This document shows, in pieces, positions 34,611 to 45,011 of a DNA stretch of 64,000 bases. The translations under genes and the position numbers were made by a program. The notes below the pieces were generated by a model. The model searched no databases, was not told the origin of the DNA, and saw only the letters and a list, made by a program, of their open reading frames with translations. How positions within the stretch are numbered: position 1 is the stretch's first letter; every line of letters starts with the position of its first letter. Source of the stretch: an uncultured Chloroflexia bacterium (GTDB taxonomy: Bacteria; Chloroflexota; Limnocylindria; Limnocylindrales; CSP1-4); NCBI GenBank assembly GCA_963720495.1, contig CAVRFU010000004.1, forward strand, positions 295,900 through 359,899, in the 5' to 3' direction.

Positions 34611-36281
34611 ATGCCACCGAACAACGACCAGCCACTCAGGATCATCCCGCTCGGCGGGGTGGGCGAGATCGGCAAGAACATGTACGTCTTCGAGTACCGG
34701 GACGAGATCGTCGTCATCGACTGCGGTCTGATGTTCCCGGACGAGGAGATGTTCGGGATCGACCTCGTCATCCCCGACATCACGTACCTCAAGGAACGCC
34801 GCGCCAACGTCAAGGCGTTCCTCATCACCCATGCCCACGAGGATCACGTCGGCGCGCTGCCGTACGTGCTCCCGGAGTTCCCCGGCGTGCCCGTCTACGC
34901 CAGCACGCTGGCGCGCGGACTCCTCGGCAACAAGATCAAGGAGCACAAGCTCCACAACAACCCGCTCATCGCGCTCGAGCCGGGCGACGAGATCGACATC
35001 GGGGCGTTCCACGTGATGCCCTTCCGGGTCGGTCACTCGATCCCGGACGCGATGGGCATCGCGCTGCGCACGCCGATCGGGACGATCGTCCACACCGGCG
35101 ACTTCAAGTTCGACCACACCCCGGTCGACGGGAAGCTGTCCGACTTCGCGATCCTCGCCCGCCTCGGCCAGGAAGGCGTCCTGTGCCTCCTGTCCGACTC
35201 GACCCGTGCCGAGAACCCGGGCTACACCCCGTCCGAGCGCACGGTCGGCGAGGCCTTCCGCGAGATCATGGAGCCGCTCGAGGGCCGGGTCATCGTGGCG
35301 ACCTTCGCCAGCAACATCGCCCGGGTCCAGCAGGTCCTCGACGCCTCCGCGGACATGCACCGGAGCGTGTCGGTCATCGGGCGGTCGATGGAGCAGAACT
35401 TCAAGATCGCCACGGATCTCGGCTACCTCAAGTACGACCCCGCCCACATCGTGCCGAAGGACAAGATCAAGGACCATCCCGATCCGCGCCTGGTCATCGC
35501 CACGACCGGCGCCCAGGGCGAGCCGATGGCGGGCCTCGCGCGGATGGCCAACCGCGACCATCGCTTCGTCGAGATCCAGCCGGGCGACACCGTCATCGTC
35601 AGCGCGAGCCCGATCCCGGGCAACGAGGAATCCGTCTCCCGGACCATCGACAACCTGTTCAAGGCCGGCGCGAACGTGTACTACCACACGATCAAGCGCG
35701 CACACGTCTCAGGTCATGCCAGCCAGGAGGAGCTCAAGCTCATGCTCGGGCTGACCAAGCCCAAGCACTTCATCCCGATGCACGGTGAGTTCCGGATGCA
35801 GGTCCAGCACGGACGCCTGGCCATCGAGACCGGCGTCGCGCCCGAGAACGTGTTCATCATCGAGAACGGCACGCCGATCGAGTTCTCCGCGGACGGCAGC
35901 GCACGTCGCGCCGCGCCGGTCCCGGCCGGGTACGTCTATGTCGATGGGCTGTCCGTCGGCGACGTCGGCGACATCGTCCTGCGCGACCGGCGAGCGCTGG
36001 CCAACGACGGCATGTTCATGATCGTCGTCACGGTGGACAAGCAGACCGGATCGGTCGTCGGGCGGCCGGAGATCATCACCCGCGGCTTCGTCCACCTCAA
36101 CGAGGCCGATCCGATCATGAAGGAAGCCCTCGAGCGGGTCATCGAGTCGATCCATACGCCGGGCGACCACATCAGCGAGATCGCCCTGCTCAAGACCCAG
36201 ATCAAGGACGGCGTCTCGCGGTTCCTGTACGAGCAGACGAAGCGCCGGCCGATGGTCTTCCCGGTCGTCGTCGAGGTCTGA
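34611..36281 (+). CDS. rnj: Ribonuclease J
   Basis: LRIIPLGGVGEIGKNMYVFEY...LITHAHEDHVGALPYVL... shows the metallo-beta-lactamase, beta-CASP and C-terminal domains, intact over 556 aa. Confidence 0.9.
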   Translation: MPPNNDQPLRIIPLGGVGEIGKNMYVFEYRDEIVVIDCGLMFPDEEMFGIDLVIPDITYLKERRANVKAFLITHAHEDHVGALPYVLPEFPGVPVYASTLARGLLGNKIKEHKLHNNPLIALEPGDEIDIGAFHVMPFRVGHSIPDAMGIALRTPIGTIVHTGDFKFDHTPVDGKLSDFAILARLGQEGVLCLLSDSTRAENPGYTPSERTVGEAFREIMEPLEGRVIVATFASNIARVQQVLDASADMHRSVSVIGRSMEQNFKIATDLGYLKYDPAHIVPKDKIKDHPDPRLVIATTGAQGEPMAGLARMANRDHRFVEIQPGDTVIVSASPIPGNEESVSRTIDNLFKAGANVYYHTIKRAHVSGHASQEELKLMLGLTKPKHFIPMHGEFRMQVQHGRLAIETGVAPENVFIIENGTPIEFSADGSARRAAPVPAGYVYVDGLSVGDVGDIVLRDRRALANDGMFMIVVTVDKQTGSVVGRPEIITRGFVHLNEADPIMKEALERVIESIHTPGDHISEIALLKTQIKDGVSRFLYEQTKRRPMVFPVVVEV

Positions 36282-36282
36282 C

Positions 36283-38646
36283 GTGGCGACCCGCCGCCGA
36301 GCCGCGGCCCGCAAGCCGGCCACCACGCGTCCGTCCCGGGCGCGGAGCAAGCCTGCCTGGAGCACGCGGCTCACGCCGGATGTCGTCCGCTCGATCATCG
36401 GGCTGGTGCTGCTCGTCCTGGGGGCGATGACGCTCATCGCGCTGCTGCCGCGTGGCGCCTCGACCGGCGAGGGGACCCTGACCAGCTGGTGGACGGACGT
36501 CTTCGCGCCCTGGTTCGGGACGATGCGCTGGGTGGTGCCGTTCTTCTTCCTGATCGCCGGCTGGTGGCTCGAGTGGGGCCCCGGGACCCGGCCCGGGTCG
36601 GGCTGGGGGATCACCCTGCTCGGTCTCGCCATCACCTACGCCGGGCTCGTCGGGGCAGCCCAGATCCTGGGGATCTCGGGCGGCCGGCTGGGACGCGCCC
36701 TCGCCGGTACCCTGACGGACCTGTTCACGGCGCCGGGGGCCTTCGTCCTGCTCATCGCGCTGGCCGTCGTCGGCATCATCGTGGGCTTCGGGATCCCGCT
36801 CCGGCAGCTGACCAAGCCGGCCGTGGGCACGGCCCGCTGGATGGGCACGACCGCGGCGGCGTCCCTCAAGCGGACGCCCGCCGAGGAGGACGAGGACGCG
36901 ACGGCCAAGGCCGCGGCGGCCGCCGCCGCGGCGACCGCGACGAACGGGCGCAAGGACAAGCCGGTCCCCGTCGGCCCCGGCAAGTCACCCGGCCAGACCG
37001 GCGCCTGGGACGACGACACGGCCATCCCGGCCGCGGTGCCGAGTGCGGCTCCGAACTCGGCGACCTTCGCCCCGGCCCGCGGGCCCGCCGGCGCGGTCGC
37101 TGCGACTGCGCTGCTCGCTCGTCCGCTGCGCGATCCGTTCGACGTCACCGACGGCACCGACTCGCCGCCGACCAAGGACCGGATCGAGTACGTCCTGCCG
37201 CCGGTCGCGATCCTCGATGACATCGCGATCCCGCTTCATGCCGGCGGCGACGAGACCGCCCACCTGCTGGTCGAGGACATCATCGTCAAGAAGCTGGCGA
37301 GCTTCGGGATCCCGGTCCGGATCGTCGGCCGCAACGCGGGCCCGGTCGTCACCCAGTACGAGGTCCAGCCGGCGGCGGACATCAAGCTCAGCCGGATCGA
37401 GGCGCTGTCGGACGACCTGTCGATGGCGCTCGCCGCCCGGTCGCTCCGGATCGAGGCGCCGATCCCGGGCAAGAGCGCGGTCGGCATCGAGATCCCCAAC
37501 AAGGACTTCAACGTCGTCGCCCTGCGGCGGATCCTCGAGGAGCTCGACTTCAAGGCGTCCGGCTCGACCCTGACCTTCGCTCTCGGCCGCGACGTGGCCG
37601 GCAAGGCCCAGGCGGTCGACCTCGCCAAGATGCCCCACCTGCTCATCGCCGGGGCGACCGGCTCGGGCAAGAGCGTCATGGTCAACGCGCTCATCACCAG
37701 CCTCCTGTGCGAGGCGACGCCGGACGACGTCCGGATGATCCTGATGGACCTCAAGCGGGTCGAGCTCGCGGCCTACAACGGGCTGCCCCACCTGCTGGTC
37801 CCGGTCATCACCGAGCCCGAGCGGGCCAAGGCCGCGCTCAAGTGGGCGGTCAACGAGATGGAGGCGCGCTACCGCCGGCTGGCCGGCGCGACCGCCCGCA
37901 ACATCCGGGCGTTCAACGAGACACGGGTCGACCCCGATGACCGGATGCCGTACATCGTGATCGTCATCGACGAGCTGGCCGACCTGATGATGCGCGAGGG
38001 CAAGAACGTCGAGGATCCGATCGTCCGGCTGGCCCAGAAGGCAAGGGCGACCGGGATCCACATGGTCCTCGCGACCCAGCGGCCCTCGGTCAACGTCGTG
38101 ACCGGCCTGATCAAGGCCAACTTCCCGAGCCGGATCGCGTTCGCGATGGCCTCCCAGATCGACTCGCGGACGATCCTCGACGCGCCCGGCGCTGAGGACC
38201 TCATCGGCCGCGGCGACATGCTCTACCAGCCGTCCGACCTGCCCCGCCCGATGCGTCTCCAGGGCGTCTTCGTGTCCGATGCCGAGATCGCGCGCGTGGT
38301 CGACCACTGGAAGGCCCAGATCGAGGACCCGCACTACGACATGGCGATCATCGACACGGGCGACGAGGGGACGGGCTCGGTCGACGATCTCGCCGACGAG
38401 GACGCCGATCGACTCTTGCCTGATGCCATCGAGGTGATTCGGGAGTACGATCGGGCCTCAGCGTCGCTCCTCCAGAGACGCCTGAAGGTCGGCTACGCAC
38501 GGGCCGCCCGGATGATCGATCAGCTGGAGGCGCGGGGCTATATCGGGGCGTTCGACGGGTCGAATGCCCGGCAGGTGCTCCGCCGTGACGACACGTCGAG
38601 CCCCGCCGGGACTCCGGACGACGGCCTCGACGGGGGCGACGGATGA
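36283..38646 (+). CDS. ftsK: DNA translocase FtsK/SpoIIIE
   Basis: N-terminal TM segments, a Pro/Ala-rich linker and a motor domain with Walker A LLIAGATGSGKSVMVN. The gamma domain ...LQRRLKVGYARAARMIDQLEARG is at the C-terminus. Confidence 0.9.
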   Translation: MATRRRAAARKPATTRPSRARSKPAWSTRLTPDVVRSIIGLVLLVLGAMTLIALLPRGASTGEGTLTSWWTDVFAPWFGTMRWVVPFFFLIAGWWLEWGPGTRPGSGWGITLLGLAITYAGLVGAAQILGISGGRLGRALAGTLTDLFTAPGAFVLLIALAVVGIIVGFGIPLRQLTKPAVGTARWMGTTAAASLKRTPAEEDEDATAKAAAAAAAATATNGRKDKPVPVGPGKSPGQTGAWDDDTAIPAAVPSAAPNSATFAPARGPAGAVAATALLARPLRDPFDVTDGTDSPPTKDRIEYVLPPVAILDDIAIPLHAGGDETAHLLVEDIIVKKLASFGIPVRIVGRNAGPVVTQYEVQPAADIKLSRIEALSDDLSMALAARSLRIEAPIPGKSAVGIEIPNKDFNVVALRRILEELDFKASGSTLTFALGRDVAGKAQAVDLAKMPHLLIAGATGSGKSVMVNALITSLLCEATPDDVRMILMDLKRVELAAYNGLPHLLVPVITEPERAKAALKWAVNEMEARYRRLAGATARNIRAFNETRVDPDDRMPYIVIVIDELADLMMREGKNVEDPIVRLAQKARATGIHMVLATQRPSVNVVTGLIKANFPSRIAFAMASQIDSRTILDAPGAEDLIGRGDMLYQPSDLPRPMRLQGVFVSDAEIARVVDHWKAQIEDPHYDMAIIDTGDEGTGSVDDLADEDADRLLPDAIEVIREYDRASASLLQRRLKVGYARAARMIDQLEARGYIGAFDGSNARQVLRRDDTSSPAGTPDDGLDGGDG

Positions 38647-39999
38647 CGACACGGCAGCAGCTCAAGCGAGCGGTGGGGGTCGACCGGTCGGACGCCGGCC
38701 GGGGCGTCACGGCCGAGCCGGCGCCGACGCTGCCGGAACGGCTGTACGCCGCACGCGAGCGCAAGGGCGTGGACCTCTACCGTGCCGAGCGCGACACCAA
38801 GATCCGGGCACGCTACCTGGGCGCCCTCGAGCGCGGCGACTACAAGGAGCTGCCGGGCGCGGTCTACACGAAGGGCTTCCTGCGCAACTACGCGCTCTAC
38901 CTCGGCCTCGACCCGGACGAGGTCCTGGTCCAGTGGCGTCGTGAGCGTGGCGACGGCAAGGAGCAGCCGCCGGCGATCGTCGTGCCCAAGCCGATCGCGG
39001 CGCCGCGCCAGGGTCTGACCTTCTCGCCGAGCCTGATCGTGGTCGCGCTGCTGACCATCGTCATCCTGGCCTTCGGGGTCTACCTCGGCGTCCAGGTCCT
39101 GCGCTTCGCGAAGCCGCCGACGATCGCGGTCACCCAGCCCGCGACCGCGGTCATCGACGTCGAGGAGTCGACCACGCGGTACACGCTCGAGGGCGCCACG
39201 CTTCCGGGCGCCACCGTCTCGATCGCGACCCCGGGCCGCGACCCGTACCAGGTCACCGCCACCTCGGACGGCGTGTGGGCCGCCCAGGTCGACCTGCGCC
39301 GCGGTCGCAACCAGTTCGACGTCAGCGCGCTGGATCCGGAGACCGGCAAGAAGTCCGAGGAGACGCTCCACCTGTTCATCACGGTCCCGTTCCTGGTCAT
39401 CGAGGCGCCGACGCTGACGCTCGACCAGCCCGCCGAGGGCGCCTCCTTCCAGAATGGCGCGATCCCCGTCGCCGGCCGGACGACCAACGCGTCGTCGGTC
39501 GTGGTCAGCGGCGCCTGGGTCGGCCCGTCCGGACCGCCGGGCAGCCCGAGCACACCGCCCGCGACACCGGCGAAGGTGACCGTGCCGGTCGGTGACGACG
39601 GGGCCTTCAGCACGCCATACGAGCTGACCGCCGGGCGCTGGACGATCACCGTCACCGCTTCCAGCCCGGAGGGCAAGACCGCCGCCCTGACTCGCCACGT
39701 GACCGTTGCCTACAAGGGCGTGACCCTCGTCGTCACGGCCAAGGGCGGACGGGCGTGGATCAAGGTCTGGGTCGACGGCAAGATCGATCCGAAGGTCGGT
39801 GCCGCGGGCAAGGTCATCTCCAACGGCAAGACCCTGACCTTCACCGGCACGCGATCGATCGAGGTCCGGACGGGCTCTTCGGGGGTGACCGCCTTCACCC
39901 TCAACGGCACGTCACTGGGCGCCCTCGGGACGATCGGGAGTGCCCGAGACATGGCTGTTCGCGCCACCCAAGCAGCCCGAAAAGACCCAGCGGCGGTAG
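38643..39999 (+). CDS. RodZ-like membrane protein (XRE-type HTH, single TM, extracytoplasmic beta-rich region); +1 frame disruption near the 3' end
   Basis: LYRAERDTKIRARYLGALERGDYKELPGAVYTKGFLRNYALYLGLD is the RodZ HTH domain. It is followed by the TM LIVVALLTIVILAFGVYLGV. The likely real stop is the TAG at 39997-39999 in frame 1, just before the CinA GTG. Confidence 0.6.
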
Positions 40000-40001
40000 C
40001 G

Positions 40002-40526
40002 GTGGCGGACGACCCGCTGACCGACCTGGGTGGGCTCGCCGTCCGGCTCGGGGAGGGCTGTGCCGCGCGCGGCCTGCACGTCGCGACCGTCGAATCGTGC
40101 ACCGGCGGTCTCGTCGGCCACGCGATCACCGAGGTGCCGGGGTCGAGCGCCTGGTTCGTCGGCGGGTTCGTGACCTACTCGAACGAGCTCAAGCGGCAGT
40201 CGGTCGGAGTGCCCGACGAGGTCCTCGCGGCTCACGGCGCCGTCTCGGCCCAGGTCGCGATGGCCATGGCGACCGGCGGCCGCGAGCGAACGGGCGCGGA
40301 CCTCGCGGTCTCCGTGACCGGGATCGCCGGCCCCGACGGCGGGAGCCCGGCCAAGCCGGTCGGGCTGACGTACGTCGCTGTCGCCGACGCGGTGGGCGTC
40401 GCCGTCCGCCGGTTCGTCTGGACCGGCGATCGGGCGGACAACAAGCGGCGGAGCGCGGGCGCGGCCTTGTCCCTGCTGCTCGAACGCATCGCGGCTCCGG
40501 ACGCGCCGGCCCCGGACGGCCGGTGA
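40002..40526 (+). CDS. CinA C-terminal-domain protein (nicotinamide-nucleotide amidohydrolase PncC-like)
   Basis: GLHVATVESCTGGLVGHAITEVPGSSAWFVGGFVTYSNELKRQSVGV...VSVTGIAGPDGGS is the CinA_C signature. GTG 40002 lies 3 nt after the frame-1 TAG. Confidence 0.75.
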   Translation: MADDPLTDLGGLAVRLGEGCAARGLHVATVESCTGGLVGHAITEVPGSSAWFVGGFVTYSNELKRQSVGVPDEVLAAHGAVSAQVAMAMATGGRERTGADLAVSVTGIAGPDGGSPAKPVGLTYVAVADAVGVAVRRFVWTGDRADNKRRSAGAALSLLLERIAAPDAPAPDGR

Positions 40527-42081
40527 CGTCAGCCGCGGACCGGATCGGGGCCGGCCTCGCAGCGATCCGTCCGGCCCGGCCGATCCGGCAGGGCGAGCGG
40601 ATCCACGTCGTCGGCGCGGCCGGTGCCGGGGCGAGCGCCGCGGCGATCCTGGCCGCCCGTGCCGGCGCCGTCGTCACCGGCTGCGATCCGGGCGGTCCGT
40701 CGCCCTACACGCCCGCGCTCGAGGCGCTGGGGATCGACGATCGCGAGTGCGCACGCCGCCAGCCACGTGACGGTCGCTCCACGGCCGGACCGTCTCGCGG
40801 TGACCAAGGCGCTGACCGCGGTCGATCCCGACAACCCGGAGCTCGTCGCCGCGAGGACGGCGGGCATCCCGCTCGAGCCGTGGCAGCAGGTCGTCGCCGA
40901 CGCGGCGGTCGGGCGGACCCTGGTCGGCGTGGCCGGGACGCACGGCAAGAGCACGACGGCCGGCTGGCTCGTCCACGCGCTCGTCGCGGCGGGCGAGGAT
41001 CCGTCGGCATTCGTCGGGGCGCTCCTGCCGGCCGAGCTGACCGGCGGACCGCCCGCCACGGCCCGGGTCGGGTGGGGGAGCGCCTTCGTCGTCGAGGCCG
41101 ACGAGTACGCCGGCAACTTCGATGCCTACCGGCCGGACATCGCGGTCGTGACCGGGGTGGACTGGGACCATCCGGACGTCTTCGCCGACCGGGCCGCGGT
41201 CATCGACGCGTTCGAGGCCTGGCTGCGGCGGATGGCCGACGGGTCGACCCTGGTCGTCAACATCGGCGACCCGGGCGGCGAGGCCGTCGTCGATCGCCTG
41301 CGGGAACGCTCGATCGCCGTCGTGGCGTACGCCCTGGTCGATGCCTCGCCCGGCCGGGGCGGCTACCTGCGCGGGATCGGTGAGCGGTACGCGACCGCCG
41401 CCGGCCCGGCCGGCGCCCTGCTTGGCCGGATCGTCACGGCCGACGCCGGCGGGACGACCCTCGAGGTCCACGGGCTGGACCCGCTCGCCGGCGCGACCAC
41501 GATCCGCCTCGCCACCGCCGGCCGCCACAACGCCGCGAATGCGCTCGCCGTCGCCGGCGCCGCGCTCAGCCTCGGCGTGGCACCGGAGCGGATCGCGGCC
41601 GGCATCGCGTCGTTCGGCGGCGTCGGCCGGCGCCTGGAGCGCAAGGGCGAGGCGGCCGGCGTCGTGGTCTACGACGACTACGGCCATCATCCGGCCGCGA
41701 TCGCCGCGACGCTCGCCGCCGTTCGCCAGCGCGAGCCCGGGACGGCGCGTCTGGGCGGTCTACGAGCCCCTGACCTACCATCGGACCGCGGCCATGCTGG
41801 GTGCCTTCGCGGAGGCGCTGGCCGGCGCGGACGCGGTCGCCGTGGCGGACATCTGGGCCGGCCGGGACCGTGACACGACGAGCGTCTCGGCCGCGGACCT
41901 GGCCGAGGCGATCAGATCGGTCCGGCCGGGCATCACGGTCCTCGCCCCGGGCTCGGTCGAGGCCACCGCGGATGCGCTGGCCGGGACGGTCCGGCCGGGC
42001 GACGCGGTGCTGGTGATGGGCGGTGGCGCGAGCTACCGGATCGGCGAGCGGCTGCTGGAGCGACTGGAGGCGGACGGATGA
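40523..42081 (+). CDS. murC: UDP-N-acetylmuramate--L-alanine ligase (two +1 frame disruptions near 40740 and 41745)
   Basis: [29 protein letters not shown] reads in frame 2. GVAGTHGKSTTAGWLVHAL...EADEYAGNF...DDYGHHPAAIAATL reads in frame 0. VWAVYEPLTYHRT...VLVMGGG reads in frame 1. The start overlaps the upstream stop in a GTGA arrangement. Confidence 0.8.
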
Positions 42082-42461
42082 TCGACTACGCGGCGGCCGG
42101 CGAATGGCTCGAGGCGTACGGGCAGGCGTGGCACGACTTCGACGGCGACGGCTGGGTCGCGCTGTTCACGGACGACGCCGAGTACCATGAGGACCCGTTC
42201 AACCCACCGCTCGTCGGGCACAACGCGCTCCGGGCATACTTGCTGGACGCATCGGCATCGCAGCGCGACGTCGAGTTCACCGTGGAGCGCCACTGGGCCT
42301 CGGGGACGACGATCCTCGCGGCCTGGCACGTGAGCTTCGTGCGGCGGGCCAGCGGCGACGTCATCCGGATGGCCGGCTTCCTGACCGCGGAGACGGCGGC
42401 GGACGGGCGGGTGAGTCGCTTCCGCGAGTGGACGCGCTACGCCCCCGGCACGGCCGGGTAG
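42078..42461 (+). CDS. NTF2-like (SnoaL-type) domain protein
   Basis: 127-aa alpha+beta cone-like sequence with the AWHDFDGDGWVALFTDDAEYHEDPF pattern. The start overlaps the murC stop (ATGA). Confidence 0.65.
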   Translation: MIDYAAAGEWLEAYGQAWHDFDGDGWVALFTDDAEYHEDPFNPPLVGHNALRAYLLDASASQRDVEFTVERHWASGTTILAAWHVSFVRRASGDVIRMAGFLTAETAADGRVSRFREWTRYAPGTAG

Positions 42462-42476
42462 GGGAGAGGAGGATCG

Positions 42477-42968
42477 ATGGCCGGAGACCAATCATTCGAC
42501 GTCGTCAGCGACTTCGACGAGCAGGAGCTGCGCAACGCGCTCGACCAGGTCCGGCGCGAGGTCGGCACCCGGTTCGACTTCAAGGGCGTGACCGTCGACC
42601 TGACCCAGGCCAAGGACGAGCTCGTCCTGGTCACGGATGACGAGCATCGCGCCTCGGCGGTCAAGGACCTGATCGAGTCCAAGGCGATCCGGCGGAGCCT
42701 GTCGCTCAAGATCTTCGATTGGGGCAAGGTGGAGGAGGCCGGCGGCAACAAGGTCCGGCAGCGGATCGGCCTGCGTCGCGGGCTGCCCGAGGACACGGCC
42801 AAGAAGATCACCAAGCTCATCCGGGACGAGTTCCCGAAGGTGAAGTCGCAGATCCAGGGCGACGCTGTCCGCGTCTCCGGCAAGAGCCGGGACGATCTGC
42901 AGCGCGTCATGGGCCGTCTCCGGGAGCTCGACCTGCCGGTCCCGCTCCAGTTCGAGAACTACCGCTGA
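42477..42968 (+). CDS. yajQ: YajQ/UPF0234 family nucleotide-binding protein
   Basis: MAGDQSFDVVSDFDEQELRNALDQVRREVGTRFDFKG...IQGDAVRVSGKSRDDLQ, 163 aa. Confidence 0.85.
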   Translation: MAGDQSFDVVSDFDEQELRNALDQVRREVGTRFDFKGVTVDLTQAKDELVLVTDDEHRASAVKDLIESKAIRRSLSLKIFDWGKVEEAGGNKVRQRIGLRRGLPEDTAKKITKLIRDEFPKVKSQIQGDAVRVSGKSRDDLQRVMGRLRELDLPVPLQFENYR

Positions 42969-43013
42969 CCGTCCCCGCAGCCGGGGCCAACCGTCCGAAG
43001 GAGCGCAGTCGCC

Positions 43014-45011
43014 ATGACCGAGCTCGACACCACACCGCCGACCGACGACCCAACCGCCGCCGACGCGCCGCCACCGGCCGCCGACGAAGCGCAGCCCGGC
43101 TCCGCCGAGATCGAGCCCGAGGCGAACCCGACGGGCGACGAGCCACAGGCAGCGAGCAACGAGCCCGAGGCGACGACCGACGCTGCCGAAGTCGCCGACT
43201 CCGCCGAGCCCGAAGCGACGACCGGCGAAGCGGAGGTCGCGCCTGACCCCGAAGCGCCCGAGGCGACCGACGACGCCGCGGAGCCGACGGACTCCACCGA
43301 GCCGGCCGTTCCCGCCGAACCCGCCGCGCCCGATCTCGAACCCGTGGCCGACGCCGGACCACGGACCGTGGGCCGGTTCATCGCCGACTCTCTCCGCGCG
43401 GCCGGCGTGCGCTACGCGTTCACGGTCCCCGGCGAATCGTTCCTGGGCCTGCTCGACGCGTTCGAGGGGGCCGGGATCCGGGTCATCGCCACACGCCACG
43501 AGGGCGGCGCCGCGTTCATGGCCGAGGCGCATGGGCAGCTGACCGGGCGGCCCGCCGTCTGCCTCGGGACACGCGCCGTGGGCGGCACGAACCTCGGCAT
43601 CGGCATCCACACGGCTCGCCAGGACTCCACGCCGATGTTCGTGGCGGTCGGCCAGGTCGAGCGCAAGTGGCTGGGCCGTGAGGCCTTCCAGGAGATCGAC
43701 CAGGTCGGGACCCTCGGCCGGCTCGCGAAGTGGGCCGCGGAACCGCACACCGCCGTCGAGGTCGCGACCGCCATGGCCGAGGCGACCCGCCAGGCGCTCG
43801 GCGGGCGACCCGGACCGGCCTACCTGTCGCTCCCCGAGGACCTTCTCGACGAGCCGATGCCCGACGACGTCAAGGCCGACACCGCCCGGCCGGGCCAGTC
43901 GCGCGCGACCGATGACGAGATCCGCGCCGTCATCGAGCTGCTCGCCTCCGCCCGCCGACCGGTCATCCTGGCCGGCGCCGGCGTCCTGCGCGCTCGGACC
44001 TCGACCGAGCTGACCCGTTTCGCCGAGCTCCTCCAGGTGCCGGTCATCGGCGCCTGGCGCCGCGCGGACGTCATCTCGAACGACCATCCGCTGTATCTCG
44101 GCATGTCCGGCTTCGGGGCCGCGTCGTCGGTCAAGGAGCGCCTCGACGCCGCCGACGCCCTGCTGGTCGTCGGCTCCCGCCTCAACGAGGCCACGTCCTA
44201 CGGCTACACGATGCCGCGACCGGGCCTGCGCTGGGCGCACGTCGACCTCGCGCCGGGCGCTCTCGTCGGATCCACGGCCCCCGAGATCGCGGTCGCGGCC
44301 GATGCCAAGGCGTTCCTCAAGGCCGCCAACGAGCGGCTGGTCGGGCGGGCCGTGCTCGACGCCGCTCTCGTCGCGGAGCGCCAGACTGCCAACCGCGAGG
44401 ATCGCGCGGCCTATGAGGCGGCCTCGGTGGTCGACGCGCAGCCCTGGGACGGCCCCGGCGTCCACCCCGGCCGTTCGATCATGACGCTCCGCGGGGTCCT
44501 GCCCGACGACGCGATCCTGACGAGCGATGCCGGCAACTTCGCGACCTGGCTGGGCCGTGGCTTCCGTTTCCGCAGGCCCGGCACATTCCTCGGCCCCACG
44601 TCGGGCGCGATGGGCTACGGCCTGCCGGCGGCGATCGCCGCGGCGCTGGTCCACCGCGATCGTCCGGTCGTCGCGGTCTGCGGCGACGGCGGCCTGGCGA
44701 TGACCATGTCCGAGCTGGAGACGGCCGTGCGGGTCGGGGCTCGGGTCATCGTGGTCGTCTTCGACAACGAGCGCTACGGCACGATCCGGATGTGGCAGGA
44801 GGAACGTGAGCGCGGGATCGGCGTCGCCACGGAGCTCGGTCCGGTCGATTTCGCGGCGATCGCGCGGGCCTGCGGTGCGCGCGGCGTGCGGGTGGATCGC
44901 GACGCCGACTTCGAACCGGCCCTGCGCGCGGCGCTCGTGGCCGATCGCGCGACGGTCATCCAGCTGGCGCTCGACCGGGCCTGGCGGTCCATCGACCTGC
45001 CGCCCGGCTGA
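43014..45011 (+). CDS. Thiamine-pyrophosphate-dependent enzyme (acetolactate synthase/benzoylformate decarboxylase superfamily) with a ~120-aa acidic PEAT-rich N-terminal extension
   Basis: The TPP N-terminal Pyr domain (RFIADSLRAAGVRYAFTVPGESFLGLLDA), central domain and C-terminal PP domain (GAMGYGLPAAIAAALVHRDRPVVAVCGDGG) are present. ATG 43014 is preceded by AAGGAG. Confidence 0.8.
   Translation: MTELDTTPPTDDPTAADAPPPAADEAQPGSAEIEPEANPTGDEPQAASNEPEATTDAAEVADSAEPEATTGEAEVAPDPEAPEATDDAAEPTDSTEPAVPAEPAAPDLEPVADAGPRTVGRFIADSLRAAGVRYAFTVPGESFLGLLDAFEGAGIRVIATRHEGGAAFMAEAHGQLTGRPAVCLGTRAVGGTNLGIGIHTARQDSTPMFVAVGQVERKWLGREAFQEIDQVGTLGRLAKWAAEPHTAVEVATAMAEATRQALGGRPGPAYLSLPEDLLDEPMPDDVKADTARPGQSRATDDEIRAVIELLASARRPVILAGAGVLRARTSTELTRFAELLQVPVIGAWRRADVISNDHPLYLGMSGFGAASSVKERLDAADALLVVGSRLNEATSYGYTMPRPGLRWAHVDLAPGALVGSTAPEIAVAADAKAFLKAANERLVGRAVLDAALVAERQTANREDRAAYEAASVVDAQPWDGPGVHPGRSIMTLRGVLPDDAILTSDAGNFATWLGRGFRFRRPGTFLGPTSGAMGYGLPAAIAAALVHRDRPVVAVCGDGGLAMTMSELETAVRVGARVIVVVFDNERYGTIRMWQEERERGIGVATELGPVDFAAIARACGARGVRVDRDADFEPALRAALVADRATVIQLALDRAWRSIDLPPG

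Noticed and set aside
42492-44654. 720-aa minus-strand ORF
   Set aside because: It is antisense to yajQ and the TPP enzyme gene and is a shadow ORF.
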